Shown one piece after another: positions 9,650-19,171 of a DNA stretch of 51,209 nucleotides. The DNA comes from Candidatus Aegiribacteria sp. (GTDB lineage: Bacteria; Fermentibacterota; Fermentibacteria; Fermentibacterales; JCC-6), in the NCBI GenBank assembly GCA_046498225.1, contig JAWOBF010000040.1:1-51209 (forward strand). Reading direction: 5' to 3'. Each line of letters opens with the position of its first letter. The first letter of the stretch is position 1. Position numbers and translations under genes: made by a program. The notes below the pieces were generated by a model, which was given only the letters and a program-made list of their open reading frames with translations, had not been told where the DNA came from and searched no databases.

Positions 9650-12054
9650 GTGGCCCCGTTGAGGAAAGGCTGGTGGAGGTAGTTCTCAACAGGCCGCTGT
9701 GGCAGCCCTTCACCTATTCAATACCGGAAGAGCTTTCAGGCGGTAACCTGGAGGGCTGCAGGGTAGTGGTCCCCTTCGGAAACGACCGGCTGATAGGATA
9801 CGTGTGGCGAGGTCGTGTCCCTTGCAGGCCTGAGGACGTTGAGATAAAGAGGGTCAAGGACAGGATGGACTCCGGTCCGCTGCTTCCGGAGAGGCTTCTG
9901 AAACTTGTCAGATGGGCGGCGAAATACTACTGCGCTCCGCCTGGGATGATGATGGCCGCCGCCCATCCGCCGGGCATCACCGGAAAGGCCGAGAGGGTGG
10001 TCACCCTGACCGGGGACATCGATCCCGGCCATCCCCTGAGCGAACTGCTCTCCGCGGCCGGTGAGGTTCCCGTTTCCGTTCTGAGGGAGGCGCTGGGCCG
10101 AGATTATCCTCTGAACGGCCAGCTGGCGCTGCTTGAGGGCAGGGGGGCCCTCGCAGCTTACTGGAGACCCGTCTCCGGACCCCGGCCGGTCAGGGAGCGG
10201 GTTGTGGAACCGGCTTTGGAGGACAGCCTTCTGGTGAGGAAGGCGGAAGCGTTGAAGAAAAAAGCGCCCCGCCAGTCCGAACTGCTCCTTCAGCTGGCCA
10301 CCGGTACCACCCCGGTGCCAAGGTCATCGCTTCTGAAAGCCGCCGGTGCATCCGGGTCATCCCTGGACGCCCTGATCCGAAAGGGGCTGGTCAGAGAGAG
10401 CCTCAGGAGAAGGTTCAGGGAAGCCGATATGGATGGATGCATTGAGGAGGACAGGGGCATTCCGGTGCTGAACGAAGACCAGATGCGCGCCCTGAACGCC
10501 GTAATGGAGGATCCTGAAAGTCACGCGGTGTTTCTGCTCCACGGGGTCACGGGCAGCGGAAAGACCGAGATATACCTCAGGGCCATCGAAGATGTCCTGG
10601 CGGCGGGACGGTCTGCCCTGGTTATGGTCCCGGAGATTTCCCTGACGCCGCTGACCGTATCGCGGTTCAGCAGGCGGTTCCCTGAACAGGTTGCAGTCCT
10701 GCACAGCGGTATGTCTCCCGGAGAGAGGCTGGACAGCTGGAACCTCCTCAGATCCGGCAGGAGGCGTATAGCCATCGGACCGAGGAGCGCCGTCTTCGCG
10801 CCCCTCAAGGATCTCGGAATGATTGTTGTGGACGAGGAACACGACGGCAGCTACAAGCAGAATGAGCTTCCGCATTACAATGGAAGGGACCTCGCCGTCG
10901 TCCGGGGCAAGCTGGAAGGCGTCCCCGTTCTCCTGGGATCAGCCAGTCCGTCGATGGAATCCTACGGTAACGCGAAAACCGGCAAGTACCGGCTGCTGGA
11001 GCTGGAAAGCAGGATAGACGGGGTTCCAATGCCCTCCACCATACTGGTTGGCCAGAACAGGGAGAAGAACAGTCTTCTGTCCGATGAACTCCTGGCCGGT
11101 ATAGGAAAAAGGACGGCCAGGGGCGAGCAGAGCATACTTCTCATAAACCGCAGGGGATTCTCTCCCACGCAGATGTGCCGGAACTGCGGATTCAGGGAGG
11201 AATGCCCAAACTGCGGCGTCACCCTCACGTACCACAGAAAGGGCCAGGTCCTCAGATGTCATTACTGCAGCTACTGGAAGCCGGCCATGGTCCGTTGCCC
11301 CAGGTGCGGGTTCAACGAGTTCTCCCACATGGGACCGGGCATTCAGAAGGTGGAGGAGCTGCTGGGCGATCTGCTTCCCCGGACCAGGGTAATTCGAATG
11401 GACGCGGACACGACAAGGGGTAAGAACGCCCACTGGGAGCTGCTGGGCAGCTTCGCTGAAGGCAGGGGGGATGTTCTCCTGGGCACTCAGATGGTGGCCA
11501 AGGGGCACGATTTTCCAAATGTGACGCTGGTGGGAATCGTTTCAGCGGACATGGGCCTGGCTTTCCCGGATTTCCGGGCGGCGGAGAGAACGTTCCAGCT
11601 GATACTGCAGGTGTCCGGAAGGGCTGGAAGGGGAGGCGTGCCGGGTGAGGTGATTATTCAGGCCCACGACAGGAATGATGCCACGATAAAGGCTGCCGCG
11701 GGACATGACTACAGAAGTTTCTGGGAGATGGAAAGCCGCGTGAGGAAAGCCTTCGGTTATCCGCCCTACGGTTATCTTGTTCGTTTCGTCTGGAGCGGGA
11801 CGGACAGTGGACGGGTCCGCAGAGCGGCGCTGAGCACAGCCGATGGGGTCAAAGCTCGTGGAGTGGAGGTATCAGAACCGATGGAGGCCGCGTTTCCCAG
11901 GATCAACAGGAGATGGAGATGGAGCGCTCTGGCGAGGTCAACCTCCAGAAAGGCGCTGTCGGAAGTAGCCGAAAAGATGAGAAAAGAATTCGAAGATACT
12001 TCCAGCAGAGGAGTCCGTCTCGACATCGACGTCGACCCCAACAACCTCCTCTAG
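9646..12054 (+). CDS. priA: Primosomal protein N' (replication restart helicase)
   Basis: GVTGSGKTEIY, VPEISLTP, DEEHD, GSASPS, Cys-rich zinc knuckles, GTQMVAKGHDFP, QVSGRAGR. Confidence 0.97.
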   Translation: MSGPVEERLVEVVLNRPLWQPFTYSIPEELSGGNLEGCRVVVPFGNDRLIGYVWRGRVPCRPEDVEIKRVKDRMDSGPLLPERLLKLVRWAAKYYCAPPGMMMAAAHPPGITGKAERVVTLTGDIDPGHPLSELLSAAGEVPVSVLREALGRDYPLNGQLALLEGRGALAAYWRPVSGPRPVRERVVEPALEDSLLVRKAEALKKKAPRQSELLLQLATGTTPVPRSSLLKAAGASGSSLDALIRKGLVRESLRRRFREADMDGCIEEDRGIPVLNEDQMRALNAVMEDPESHAVFLLHGVTGSGKTEIYLRAIEDVLAAGRSALVMVPEISLTPLTVSRFSRRFPEQVAVLHSGMSPGERLDSWNLLRSGRRRIAIGPRSAVFAPLKDLGMIVVDEEHDGSYKQNELPHYNGRDLAVVRGKLEGVPVLLGSASPSMESYGNAKTGKYRLLELESRIDGVPMPSTILVGQNREKNSLLSDELLAGIGKRTARGEQSILLINRRGFSPTQMCRNCGFREECPNCGVTLTYHRKGQVLRCHYCSYWKPAMVRCPRCGFNEFSHMGPGIQKVEELLGDLLPRTRVIRMDADTTRGKNAHWELLGSFAEGRGDVLLGTQMVAKGHDFPNVTLVGIVSADMGLAFPDFRAAERTFQLILQVSGRAGRGGVPGEVIIQAHDRNDATIKAAAGHDYRSFWEMESRVRKAFGYPPYGYLVRFVWSGTDSGRVRRAALSTADGVKARGVEVSEPMEAAFPRINRRWRWSALARSTSRKALSEVAEKMRKEFEDTSSRGVRLDIDVDPNNLL

Positions 12055-12055
12055 T

Positions 12056-12090
12056 TAGGGACGCACCTGAATTCGTTAACTTATTTGACC
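12056..12090 (+). repeat. Left terminal inverted repeat
   Basis: 34/35 identical to the reverse complement of 13267-13301; starts 1 nt after the priA stop codon. Confidence 0.95.
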
Positions 12091-12131
12091 GTTTATATTT
12101 GTATATTCCCGTTATTTTGTAAATTATTGTG

Positions 12132-13151
12132 TTATTGATTCTCTGTCCATGGAAGCGTATGTGAATGATGTGCATTCCTTTCTGAGAATCTCTTAGCGGC
12201 TTTTTGGACCGCCGCTGGAGTGATGTTCAGTATCTTTGCACAATCGGTCAGTTTGACACCAAGAGTGTTGTTGAGAGTAAAACAGACGAATTCCCTTGCT
12301 TTCACTATCCTTCTTTGTCTTACACCTGATGTGAGCAACTTGATGGAAATGCTCCATGTTTCCGATGCGTACTCCAGAACGCTTCGAATTTCCAGATGCT
12401 CAGATGACCGGTTTCTCAGGTTTCCATTATCACTCCCAGAAATTCTATCATATATCTTCCTGGCAAAATCCAGATTGCCGAGGACTCTGAATTGAGTATG
12501 AACCCCGGAACTGCATGTTGATTTTTCATTAATTCTTTTTATGCCATCTGATCCCAGTATAATATTTCCATAATCATAATTTGCTTCAGAGGCATTCTCG
12601 GCAGGTTCTTTCATGAAATTCATATATTGTCTGATTTTGTCACTTTTATTTCCGTTATATTCTTTAAGTACATATTCTGTGTCCTGCCAGCTATGGAGAC
12701 CGGGAAAAATCAGTCCCATGTGTCCCGTCCATGGGTACCTGTTCAGCATATCAATAGTTTGTACCAAGTTAGCTTTCAAAGGGTTACGATGTATATATCG
12801 AACAAGTTTCATGAAGTATATTTCAGTCTGAACAAGGATTGATCGGTATCTGTTCTGGAATAGATGACCAACCCTGTCATACTTCATGTTGAAATAGACA
12901 GCATGGCCCGTAAGAAGTTTATGCATGAACTTCCACAGAGGTACAGTTCCAGTCCGGACCAGCAGATGGAAATGATTGGGCATAAGAGCCCATGCCAGTA
13001 TGGATGCATCGGTTTCCTTCACGCAGCGTTCCAGGCGGTCTACGAAATCGGCTCGGTCAGTGTCGTACTTGAAGATATCGCCCTTTTCGATCCCCCTGGC
13101 CATCACGTGATGAACCGAATTTTCCCAATCGACCCTGTATGTTCTAGGCAT
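12132..13151 (-). CDS. REP-associated tyrosine transposase-like (Y1_Tnp/HUH) protein with C-terminal DnaA_C/TrpR-like HTH
   Basis: HHVMARG, ALMPNHFHLL (HUH), GHLFQNRY, RYIHRNP (catalytic Tyr), YPWT; C-terminal helical HTH-like region (AREFVCF...LTDCAKILN..PAAV). Confidence 0.9.
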   Translation of the reverse strand: MPRTYRVDWENSVHHVMARGIEKGDIFKYDTDRADFVDRLERCVKETDASILAWALMPNHFHLLVRTGTVPLWKFMHKLLTGHAVYFNMKYDRVGHLFQNRYRSILVQTEIYFMKLVRYIHRNPLKANLVQTIDMLNRYPWTGHMGLIFPGLHSWQDTEYVLKEYNGNKSDKIRQYMNFMKEPAENASEANYDYGNIILGSDGIKRINEKSTCSSGVHTQFRVLGNLDFARKIYDRISGSDNGNLRNRSSEHLEIRSVLEYASETWSISIKLLTSGVRQRRIVKAREFVCFTLNNTLGVKLTDCAKILNITPAAVQKAAKRFSERNAHHSHTLPWTENQ

Positions 13152-13266
13152 AGCACTATAAGTGTCTCACAAATCCGGTCACTTTGCAAGGGGCAAAAAG
13201 ATTATAACTCATTATAGATAATAAACTGATTATTGCTAATATTATAGTCCATATTAGAGATTATTA

Positions 13267-13301
13267 GGTCAAGTAAGTTAACGAATTCAGGTGCGTCCCT
13301 A
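13267..13301 (-). repeat. Right terminal inverted repeat
   Basis: GGTCAAGTAAGTTAACGAATTCAGGTGCGTCCCTA; its last 3 nt are the TAG stop of the 13299-14078 gene. Confidence 0.95.
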
Positions 13302-14078
13302 GAAGAAGTTTGATAGGTACATGAGGGAGTTGAATAGTGTGGAGTTGTCTTTATGACCTGCGATGGACTGCGCCTGCTCGGTAAGTGTGCGTGCCTGGAA
13401 TATCAGCTCGCTCTTCCTGTTCCTGTTCTCATCCGATTCCGCAAGTGATGACAGATACCTGGCCCGGCCGGTGAGCAGGCCTATCTGTGCGGCATCGTCC
13501 AGCATCATTCCCGATGCCCCCGCCAGCAGGGCGCCGCCGTGGGAGGCGAATCTGGCCAGCTGACCCGTATACAGCTCCAGCCCTGTCCTTCCGTCGGGCA
13601 CCATGACTTCCATGCCTGAGAAACTGTCTACCTGAAGGGATAACCCGCCCAGCATACCACCGGCGCCCAGAGCCCTTACCGCTTCGGAGACCAGTCTCGA
13701 GGAGTGTCTGCCGCAATTGCCGGCAAGATATTCCATCGCCAGAGCCAGCAGTCCGTCGCCTGACAGTATGGCCAGTGTCTCATCGTCCTGAGGGGTCACG
13801 GTTGACATATTGAAGACATCGGAAAGACCGCAGGCGCCAAGGTGAGCGATAATACCGGCCCTGAGAAGGAGAGAGCCCACCGCTGCGGGCATTCCGGTGT
13901 ATTCGTCCGCTCCGCACCACATGGAGGAGGCGCATGCCAGAAGGCTGAGTTCCAGATGGTAGTTGTGCTCCGTCATTTCATGAAGTGAATTCGAGAATCG
14001 CCCGGGAATGTCCGGAACGGAAGCGTCGATGACGGCCCCGGCGGTTTCAGTCAGCCTGCCTTTCAGCCTGTCAAGCAC
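13299..14078 (-). CDS. Polyprenyl synthetase (isoprenoid synthase fold)-like protein lacking DDxxD motifs
   Basis: ETLAILSGDGLLALA resembles EATAILAGDALL; GMLGG.SL.VD resembles GM..GQ..D; no FARM/SARM aspartates. Confidence 0.6.
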   Translation of the reverse strand: MLDRLKGRLTETAGAVIDASVPDIPGRFSNSLHEMTEHNYHLELSLLACASSMWCGADEYTGMPAAVGSLLLRAGIIAHLGACGLSDVFNMSTVTPQDDETLAILSGDGLLALAMEYLAGNCGRHSSRLVSEAVRALGAGGMLGGLSLQVDSFSGMEVMVPDGRTGLELYTGQLARFASHGGALLAGASGMMLDDAAQIGLLTGRARYLSSLAESDENRNRKSELIFQARTLTEQAQSIAGHKDNSTLFNSLMYLSNFF

Positions 14079-14080
14079 CG

Positions 14081-14893
14081 CTAGGAGCCTTCTTCCGGGG
14101 AGGTAAGCTCCACAAGTCGCTCACCCAGGGCGTCGAGACCGATATTTTCCTCCAGTATGCCGTCGTGAGCTATACTGAAGTTGCCCGTCTCCTCGCTCAC
14201 CACAACGGCGATGGCGTCGGAGACCTCCGTGATCCCGATGGCCGCCCGATGACGTGTTCCCAGCGCCGAACTGGGTCTGTTAGCCCTTGTCCTGCCGAAG
14301 AACGTCTTCCTGGAGAGCGGCAGAATGGCCCTGGCGCCCACGATACGGCCATTGCTGATAATTATCGCGCCGTCGTGGAGAGGTCCAGGGGGCTGAAGTA
14401 TCGAGGCCACCAGATTGGGATCGATATCCAGCTTTCCCAGGGGAACCGGATCACCGTACAGGTTCTCAAGCGATTCTTCCCGCTCAACCACGAAAAGCCC
14501 TCCCAGACGTAGTTTTCTTAGAAGGACGCATGAATCCACCAGTGATTCTATATCGCTGCGCTCTATCAGATCCCGGTGTCCGACCAGACCCCTGAGATTT
14601 CTGCCCATTGTTCCCAGCATGTCCTTTATCTCCTGGTGGAAGATTATCACCACGGAAATAAAGAGTATCGGCATCAGGCTGGAGATCAGATAGCCGAAAG
14701 TGTAGAAGCCCAGCTGACCCAGGATGTAACCGAAGATAATGACTATGAGTATCATGCCGATGACCGGCATCGCAGGAGTGCGCCACAGGTATTTAAGCAG
14801 CATCCTTGCCGCCAGAGCTATTATGACAATGTTGAGCAGCTGAGCCAGCCAGAACCAGCTGAAGATAGAATGGCCCAGGGGCTGTATCATCAT
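14081..14893 (-). CDS. cdaA: Diadenylate cyclase, CdaA type (3 TM + DAC domain)
   Basis: PLHDGAIII and GTRHRAAIG catalytic motifs, VVSEETG, N-terminal TM helices. Start set at the ATGA overlap with the folP stop. Confidence 0.92.
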   Translation of the reverse strand: MMIQPLGHSIFSWFWLAQLLNIVIIALAARMLLKYLWRTPAMPVIGMILIVIIFGYILGQLGFYTFGYLISSLMPILFISVVIIFHQEIKDMLGTMGRNLRGLVGHRDLIERSDIESLVDSCVLLRKLRLGGLFVVEREESLENLYGDPVPLGKLDIDPNLVASILQPPGPLHDGAIIISNGRIVGARAILPLSRKTFFGRTRANRPSSALGTRHRAAIGITEVSDAIAVVVSEETGNFSIAHDGILEENIGLDALGERLVELTSPEEGS

Positions 14894-16086
14894 CTCAGAC
14901 ACCTCAGTTTCCCCGCTACTTTCAGAACCTGTACCGTATCCTCCACGTCGTGCACCCTGAATATATCTGCGCTGTCGGAAGATAGTGCTGTGACCGCATT
15001 CGTCCCAGCTCCTCTCTTCCAGGGTTCCTCCACTCCTGTGAGCGCACCGAGAAAGCTCTTCCTGGAATGGCCCAGCAGGACCCTGCATCCCAGCCATCTG
15101 AACTCGGCGGCCCTGGAGATCAGCTGAAGATTATCCTGAAGACGCTTCCCGAAACCTATCCCGGGGTCGATGATAACGCTGTCCCTGGAAACTCCTGCCT
15201 GGACGGCCGCCTCTACTCTTTTCGCAAGGAAGGTGTAAACCTCGTCCACCACATCATTGTAGCGGGGGTCCCGCTGCATCGTCTCCGGTGTTCCCTGCAT
15301 ATGCATAAGGACCAGGGGCACACCGCTCCGCGCGGCCAGCCCCGCCATGTCCGGGTCGGACAGTGCCGATATGTCGTTTATCATAGCGGCACCTGACTGA
15401 ATGGCAGCCTTTGCGACCCGCGAACTGGTAGTATCCACAGAAATAACCGATCCCAGCTGTCCGGAAAGCTCCTCGATGACCGGCAGTATCCGTTCCATCT
15501 GACTTTCAGGGTCCACAGGGAGGGAACCCGGGCGCGTGGATTCAGCCCCGATGTCGATTATGTCCGCGCCCTGGGAATCCAGAAGCCTGGCATGGGCAGC
15601 GGCCTCCTCCCTGCCAAGGTATCGTCCACCGTCACTGAAGGAGTCCGGTGTTACATTCAATATGCCCATGACAAGCGGGCCATCGGTGAAATCAAGTTCC
15701 CGCTCTCCAGCCGTAATTCCTGAAGGCAGCGCCGGCGGCCCCTTCAGGGCTCGCTGCAGCTTCCCGGACAGACGGGATAGGTGGAAGGGCTGTCCATCCA
15801 GAGAGCGGCAGCCGCTGAGTATCTGCTTCGGAGTACCGACTATCAGCGCTCTTGTGCTTTCGATCCTGCAGGAAACGGAGTCCCTGGCCACTATGGCGTC
15901 CGCTCCTCCGGACAGCATGCACTGCTTGAGAATATTGGCGGCGGCAGGCGGCATGGGATCGGTCAAGAAAGCACGGACCCGGCATTTCATTTCGAGTCTG
16001 TCCCAGGTGGACCTGTCAGCTCCAATCAGCCGAAGCTGGGTAAGCCAGTCCTCATCGGTGGCAAGCTGCAACCGCCTTAAACCCAT
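14890..16086 (-). CDS. folP: Dihydropteroate synthase with N-terminal extension
   Basis: MGILNVTPDSFSDGG, DIGAESTRPG, IDPGIGFGK, SRKS, RVHDV. ATG at 16086 overlaps the folE TGA. Confidence 0.95.
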   Translation of the reverse strand: MGLRRLQLATDEDWLTQLRLIGADRSTWDRLEMKCRVRAFLTDPMPPAAANILKQCMLSGGADAIVARDSVSCRIESTRALIVGTPKQILSGCRSLDGQPFHLSRLSGKLQRALKGPPALPSGITAGERELDFTDGPLVMGILNVTPDSFSDGGRYLGREEAAAHARLLDSQGADIIDIGAESTRPGSLPVDPESQMERILPVIEELSGQLGSVISVDTTSSRVAKAAIQSGAAMINDISALSDPDMAGLAARSGVPLVLMHMQGTPETMQRDPRYNDVVDEVYTFLAKRVEAAVQAGVSRDSVIIDPGIGFGKRLQDNLQLISRAAEFRWLGCRVLLGHSRKSFLGALTGVEEPWKRGAGTNAVTALSSDSADIFRVHDVEDTVQVLKVAGKLRCLR

Positions 16087-16655
16087 CAGGTTGCCCTGAT
16101 GGCTCTTCCAATGAGAGAAAGAGCCTCGGTCCTGGTCTCGAGCTTCTTGAGATAACCCCTCATGGCGGAAGTGACTATCCTGGAATCCCTCTTCTTTACC
16201 CCGCGCATGGCAAGGCACATGTGCTCCGCCTCCATAACCACCATCACACCCTTCGCCGCCAGCTCCACCATCAGCCTTTCAGCTATCTCTGTGGTCAGGC
16301 GCTCCTGGATGGTGGGTCTTGCGGCCATGGTCTCCACCGTCTCCACTATGGAACTGAGCCCGGCTATGCGATCGTTGGCCGGCAGATAGACTACATCACA
16401 TCTGCCGATATATGGAAGAAGATGATGCTCGCAAAGGGAGGAGAAGCTGATATCCTTCACGATTATCATCTCGTTCTGACCCTCGCAGGACATAGTTGTA
16501 ACCGGTTTTATCTCGCCGGAATCGAGACCTCTGCAGAGTTCGGCCATCGATCTGGATACTCTTCCGGGAGTCTCTCTCAGGCCGTCCCTGTCAGGGTCCT
16601 CCCCCACTCCCTCCAGTATCAGCCTGACTCCCCGCTCTATCTTCTTCAGATCCAT
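16086..16655 (-). CDS. folE: GTP cyclohydrolase I
   Basis: [40 protein letters not shown]. Start could also be 16661. Confidence 0.93.
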   Translation of the reverse strand: MDLKKIERGVRLILEGVGEDPDRDGLRETPGRVSRSMAELCRGLDSGEIKPVTTMSCEGQNEMIIVKDISFSSLCEHHLLPYIGRCDVVYLPANDRIAGLSSIVETVETMAARPTIQERLTTEIAERLMVELAAKGVMVVMEAEHMCLAMRGVKKRDSRIVTSAMRGYLKKLETRTEALSLIGRAIRAT

Positions 16656-18627
16656 TTTCATCCCCGACTTCCCCATCCGTTTCGGTATCATCCGCGGTTG
16701 AACATGGGCTGGTCTCCGACTCCGACATGGAACCCAGAGATGGTATCGATTCCATGTCCGGGCGCAGTTCTCTGAAGATCGCCTTTATCTCCTGGCTGGA
16801 TATGGTCTCCTTCTCCAGAAGCTGCTCCGCTATCCTCTCCACTATGTCCCTGTTGTCTTTGAGGATCTCAACTGCTCTGTCGTACGCTTCCTCAACTATT
16901 CTCTTTATTTCCGAGTCTATGGTCCTGGCCGTATGTTCACTGTAGTCCCTGGTCTTGTTCAGCTCCCTGCCCAGAAAGATCTTTTCATTGGATTCCGCGT
17001 GGGTCACGGGACCCAGAGCATCGCTCATGCCCCATTCGCATACCATCTTTCTCGCCAGCTCGGTGGCCTTCTCCAGGTCATTGCCCGCTCCGGTGCTGAG
17101 AGTATCGAGGAACAGCACTTCGGATGCCCTGCCACCGACCAGCATTCCCAGAATGCTGTTGAGCTTCCTTCTTGTGTAGGTGTGTCTGTCATCGGAGGGG
17201 AGGAAACTGGTCAGACCCATGGCCATACCTCTCGGTACGATGGTTATCTTATGGATAGGGTCCGATTCGGGTACGAATATTCCAACGACCGCGTGCCCGC
17301 TCTCGTGGTAGGCGGTACACTTTTTCTGGTCGGGGCTGATTGCCACATTCTTGCGCTCCAGGCCCAGCATTATCCTGTCGATGGCGTAATCGAAATCCTC
17401 CTGCTCCAGCATTCTGGCTCCACGCCTGGCCGCCCTGAGCGCGGCTTCGTTGGCCAGGCTCTCCAGGTCGGCGCCGCTGAAGCCGGGGGTTCCCCTTGCT
17501 ACTCTTTCCAGATTGACGTTCTCGCTCACGGGCATCTTCCGGGTATGGACCTTCAGTATCTCTTCCCTGCCCTTAACGTCTGGCATGCTCACGACTATCC
17601 TGCGGTCGAACCTGCCGGGTCTCAGCAGGGCGGGGTCGAGTACGTCAGGCCGGTTGGTGGCTGCCATGACTATGACCCCGGTGTTTTCCTCGAAACCATC
17701 CATTTCCACCAGAAGGGCATTCAGGGTCTGCTCCCTCTCGTCATGCCCTCCGCCGAGGCCTGCTCCCCTGTGCCTTCCCACGGCGTCTATCTCGTCTATG
17801 AAGATTATGCACGGCGCCTTGGTCTTTCCCTGGACGAAGAGGTCCCGCACCCTGCTTGCGCCTACACCCACGAACATTTCCACGAAATCAGACCCGCTCA
17901 TAGAGAAGAAGGGTACCCTTGCTTCACCGGCCACCGCCCTGGCAAGGAGTGTCTTGCCGGTTCCCGGCCTGCCGACGAGGAGCACGCCCTTCGGCACCTT
18001 GCCACCCAGTCTCCTGAACTTCTCCGGCTTTTTCAGGAACTCGATGACTTCCATGAGTTCCGACTTGGCTTCCTCGACCCCGGCCACATCCTCGAAAGTT
18101 ACCCTGGGCTTGTCGCTGGAGAACAGTTTGGCCGTGCTCTTGCCGAACGAGAAGGCCTTGCCTCCTCCGCCGGCCCTTCGCATGAAATAGATGAAGAAAC
18201 CAATCAGAAGCAGGAACGGGATGAAGGAGAGTATCTGGGCAAGCAGTTCGTTGGGGGGCTTGGCCGTAACCTGAACTCCGTAGGCCTCCAGAGAATCAAG
18301 TACACCGGTATTCTCAAAGGGTATGAAACTGCTGAAGCTCGTGTACTCCACACCGTCGACGGTGACCGGGGCGGTGAACTCCCCCTCTATGGAGCCACCC
18401 GTCTCTATGACCACCGATTCCACCCGCCGGCCCGTTATGTAATCCATCAGCCCGGAAGCACCGGAATAGGGTATTTCGACGGTATCCGCGGAGGATCCGA
18501 ACAGCTGGAATACGGTGAAGGCTATGAGGGCCATCAGGAGCCACATGGTAAGGGTTCGGACCGTGCAACCGCCGGCCAGCGGCGGCTGAGGCGGTTTTCG
18601 CTGAGGACGCTTTTTATCGTTGTTCAT
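16591..18627 (-). CDS. ftsH: ATP-dependent zinc metalloprotease FtsH
   Basis: Two TMs, [39 protein letters not shown] zinc motif. Confidence 0.98.
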   Translation of the reverse strand: MNNDKKRPQRKPPQPPLAGGCTVRTLTMWLLMALIAFTVFQLFGSSADTVEIPYSGASGLMDYITGRRVESVVIETGGSIEGEFTAPVTVDGVEYTSFSSFIPFENTGVLDSLEAYGVQVTAKPPNELLAQILSFIPFLLLIGFFIYFMRRAGGGGKAFSFGKSTAKLFSSDKPRVTFEDVAGVEEAKSELMEVIEFLKKPEKFRRLGGKVPKGVLLVGRPGTGKTLLARAVAGEARVPFFSMSGSDFVEMFVGVGASRVRDLFVQGKTKAPCIIFIDEIDAVGRHRGAGLGGGHDEREQTLNALLVEMDGFEENTGVIVMAATNRPDVLDPALLRPGRFDRRIVVSMPDVKGREEILKVHTRKMPVSENVNLERVARGTPGFSGADLESLANEAALRAARRGARMLEQEDFDYAIDRIMLGLERKNVAISPDQKKCTAYHESGHAVVGIFVPESDPIHKITIVPRGMAMGLTSFLPSDDRHTYTRRKLNSILGMLVGGRASEVLFLDTLSTGAGNDLEKATELARKMVCEWGMSDALGPVTHAESNEKIFLGRELNKTRDYSEHTARTIDSEIKRIVEEAYDRAVEILKDNRDIVERIAEQLLEKETISSQEIKAIFRELRPDMESIPSLGSMSESETSPCSTADDTETDGEVGDENGSEEDRAGSQADTGGSGGGP

Positions 18628-18643
18628 CAGACTCCCGGCTCGA

Positions 18644-19171
18644 TCATTCCTTCAGGGCCACTATACCGGGCAGGTTGCGATGGAACCCCCCGGGACTGTC
18701 CAGACCATACCCGAAAACGAATCTGTCAGGAATGTCGAATACAGTTTCGTCAACCTCAACATCCACCTGTCTTCTGACCTTCTTGTCCAGCAGTACGACG
18801 GTGCGGAGGGAGGCCGGATCCCTTGATTTAATCAGTTTTTGAATATACGCCAGAGTCAGGCCGGTGTCTACGATATCCTCCACCAGCAGCACATCCCTTC
18901 CCGCCAGGGGCAGTGTCGTGTCCAGCGTGAGCCTTACTTCGCCGGAAGACCTGGTCTGCTCTCCGTAGCTTGCCGCTCCCAGGAATTCTATCTGAATGTC
19001 CAGGTCCATCGCTCGAATCAGATCGGAAGCGAACATGAACCCTCCCTTGAGAAGGGGTATCACCACGAGCCGCCTGCCCCTGTAAATGTTCGTCAGCCTC
19101 GCCCCCAGCTCCCTCACTCCCCTCTCTATCTCCCCGGACGATATCAGCAGCTCCAGTTCATCGGTATTCAA
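18644..19171 (-). CDS. hpt: Hypoxanthine phosphoribosyltransferase
   Basis: LKGGFMFASDL, VLLVEDIVDTGLTL PRPP motif, FVFGYGLD. TTG start at 19171 follows GAGGAAGG. Confidence 0.93.
   Translation of the reverse strand: MNTDELELLISSGEIERGVRELGARLTNIYRGRRLVVIPLLKGGFMFASDLIRAMDLDIQIEFLGAASYGEQTRSSGEVRLTLDTTLPLAGRDVLLVEDIVDTGLTLAYIQKLIKSRDPASLRTVVLLDKKVRRQVDVEVDETVFDIPDRFVFGYGLDSPGGFHRNLPGIVALKE

Larger units (their letters stand above)
12056..13301. mobile_element. AT-rich element carrying a Y1/HUH transposase, bounded by 35-bp terminal inverted repeats
   Basis: 12056-12090 TAGGGACGCACCTGAATTCGTTAACTTATTTGACC matches the reverse complement of 13267-13301 at 34/35. The interior is visibly AT-rich relative to the flanks. 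Confidence 0.8.

Noticed and set aside
14894..15097. N-terminal extension of cdaA in the ORF track (likewise folP to 16218 and the RimI fusion to 32004)
   Set aside because: These overlap upstream genes extensively; downstream starts coupled to the preceding stop codons fit better.
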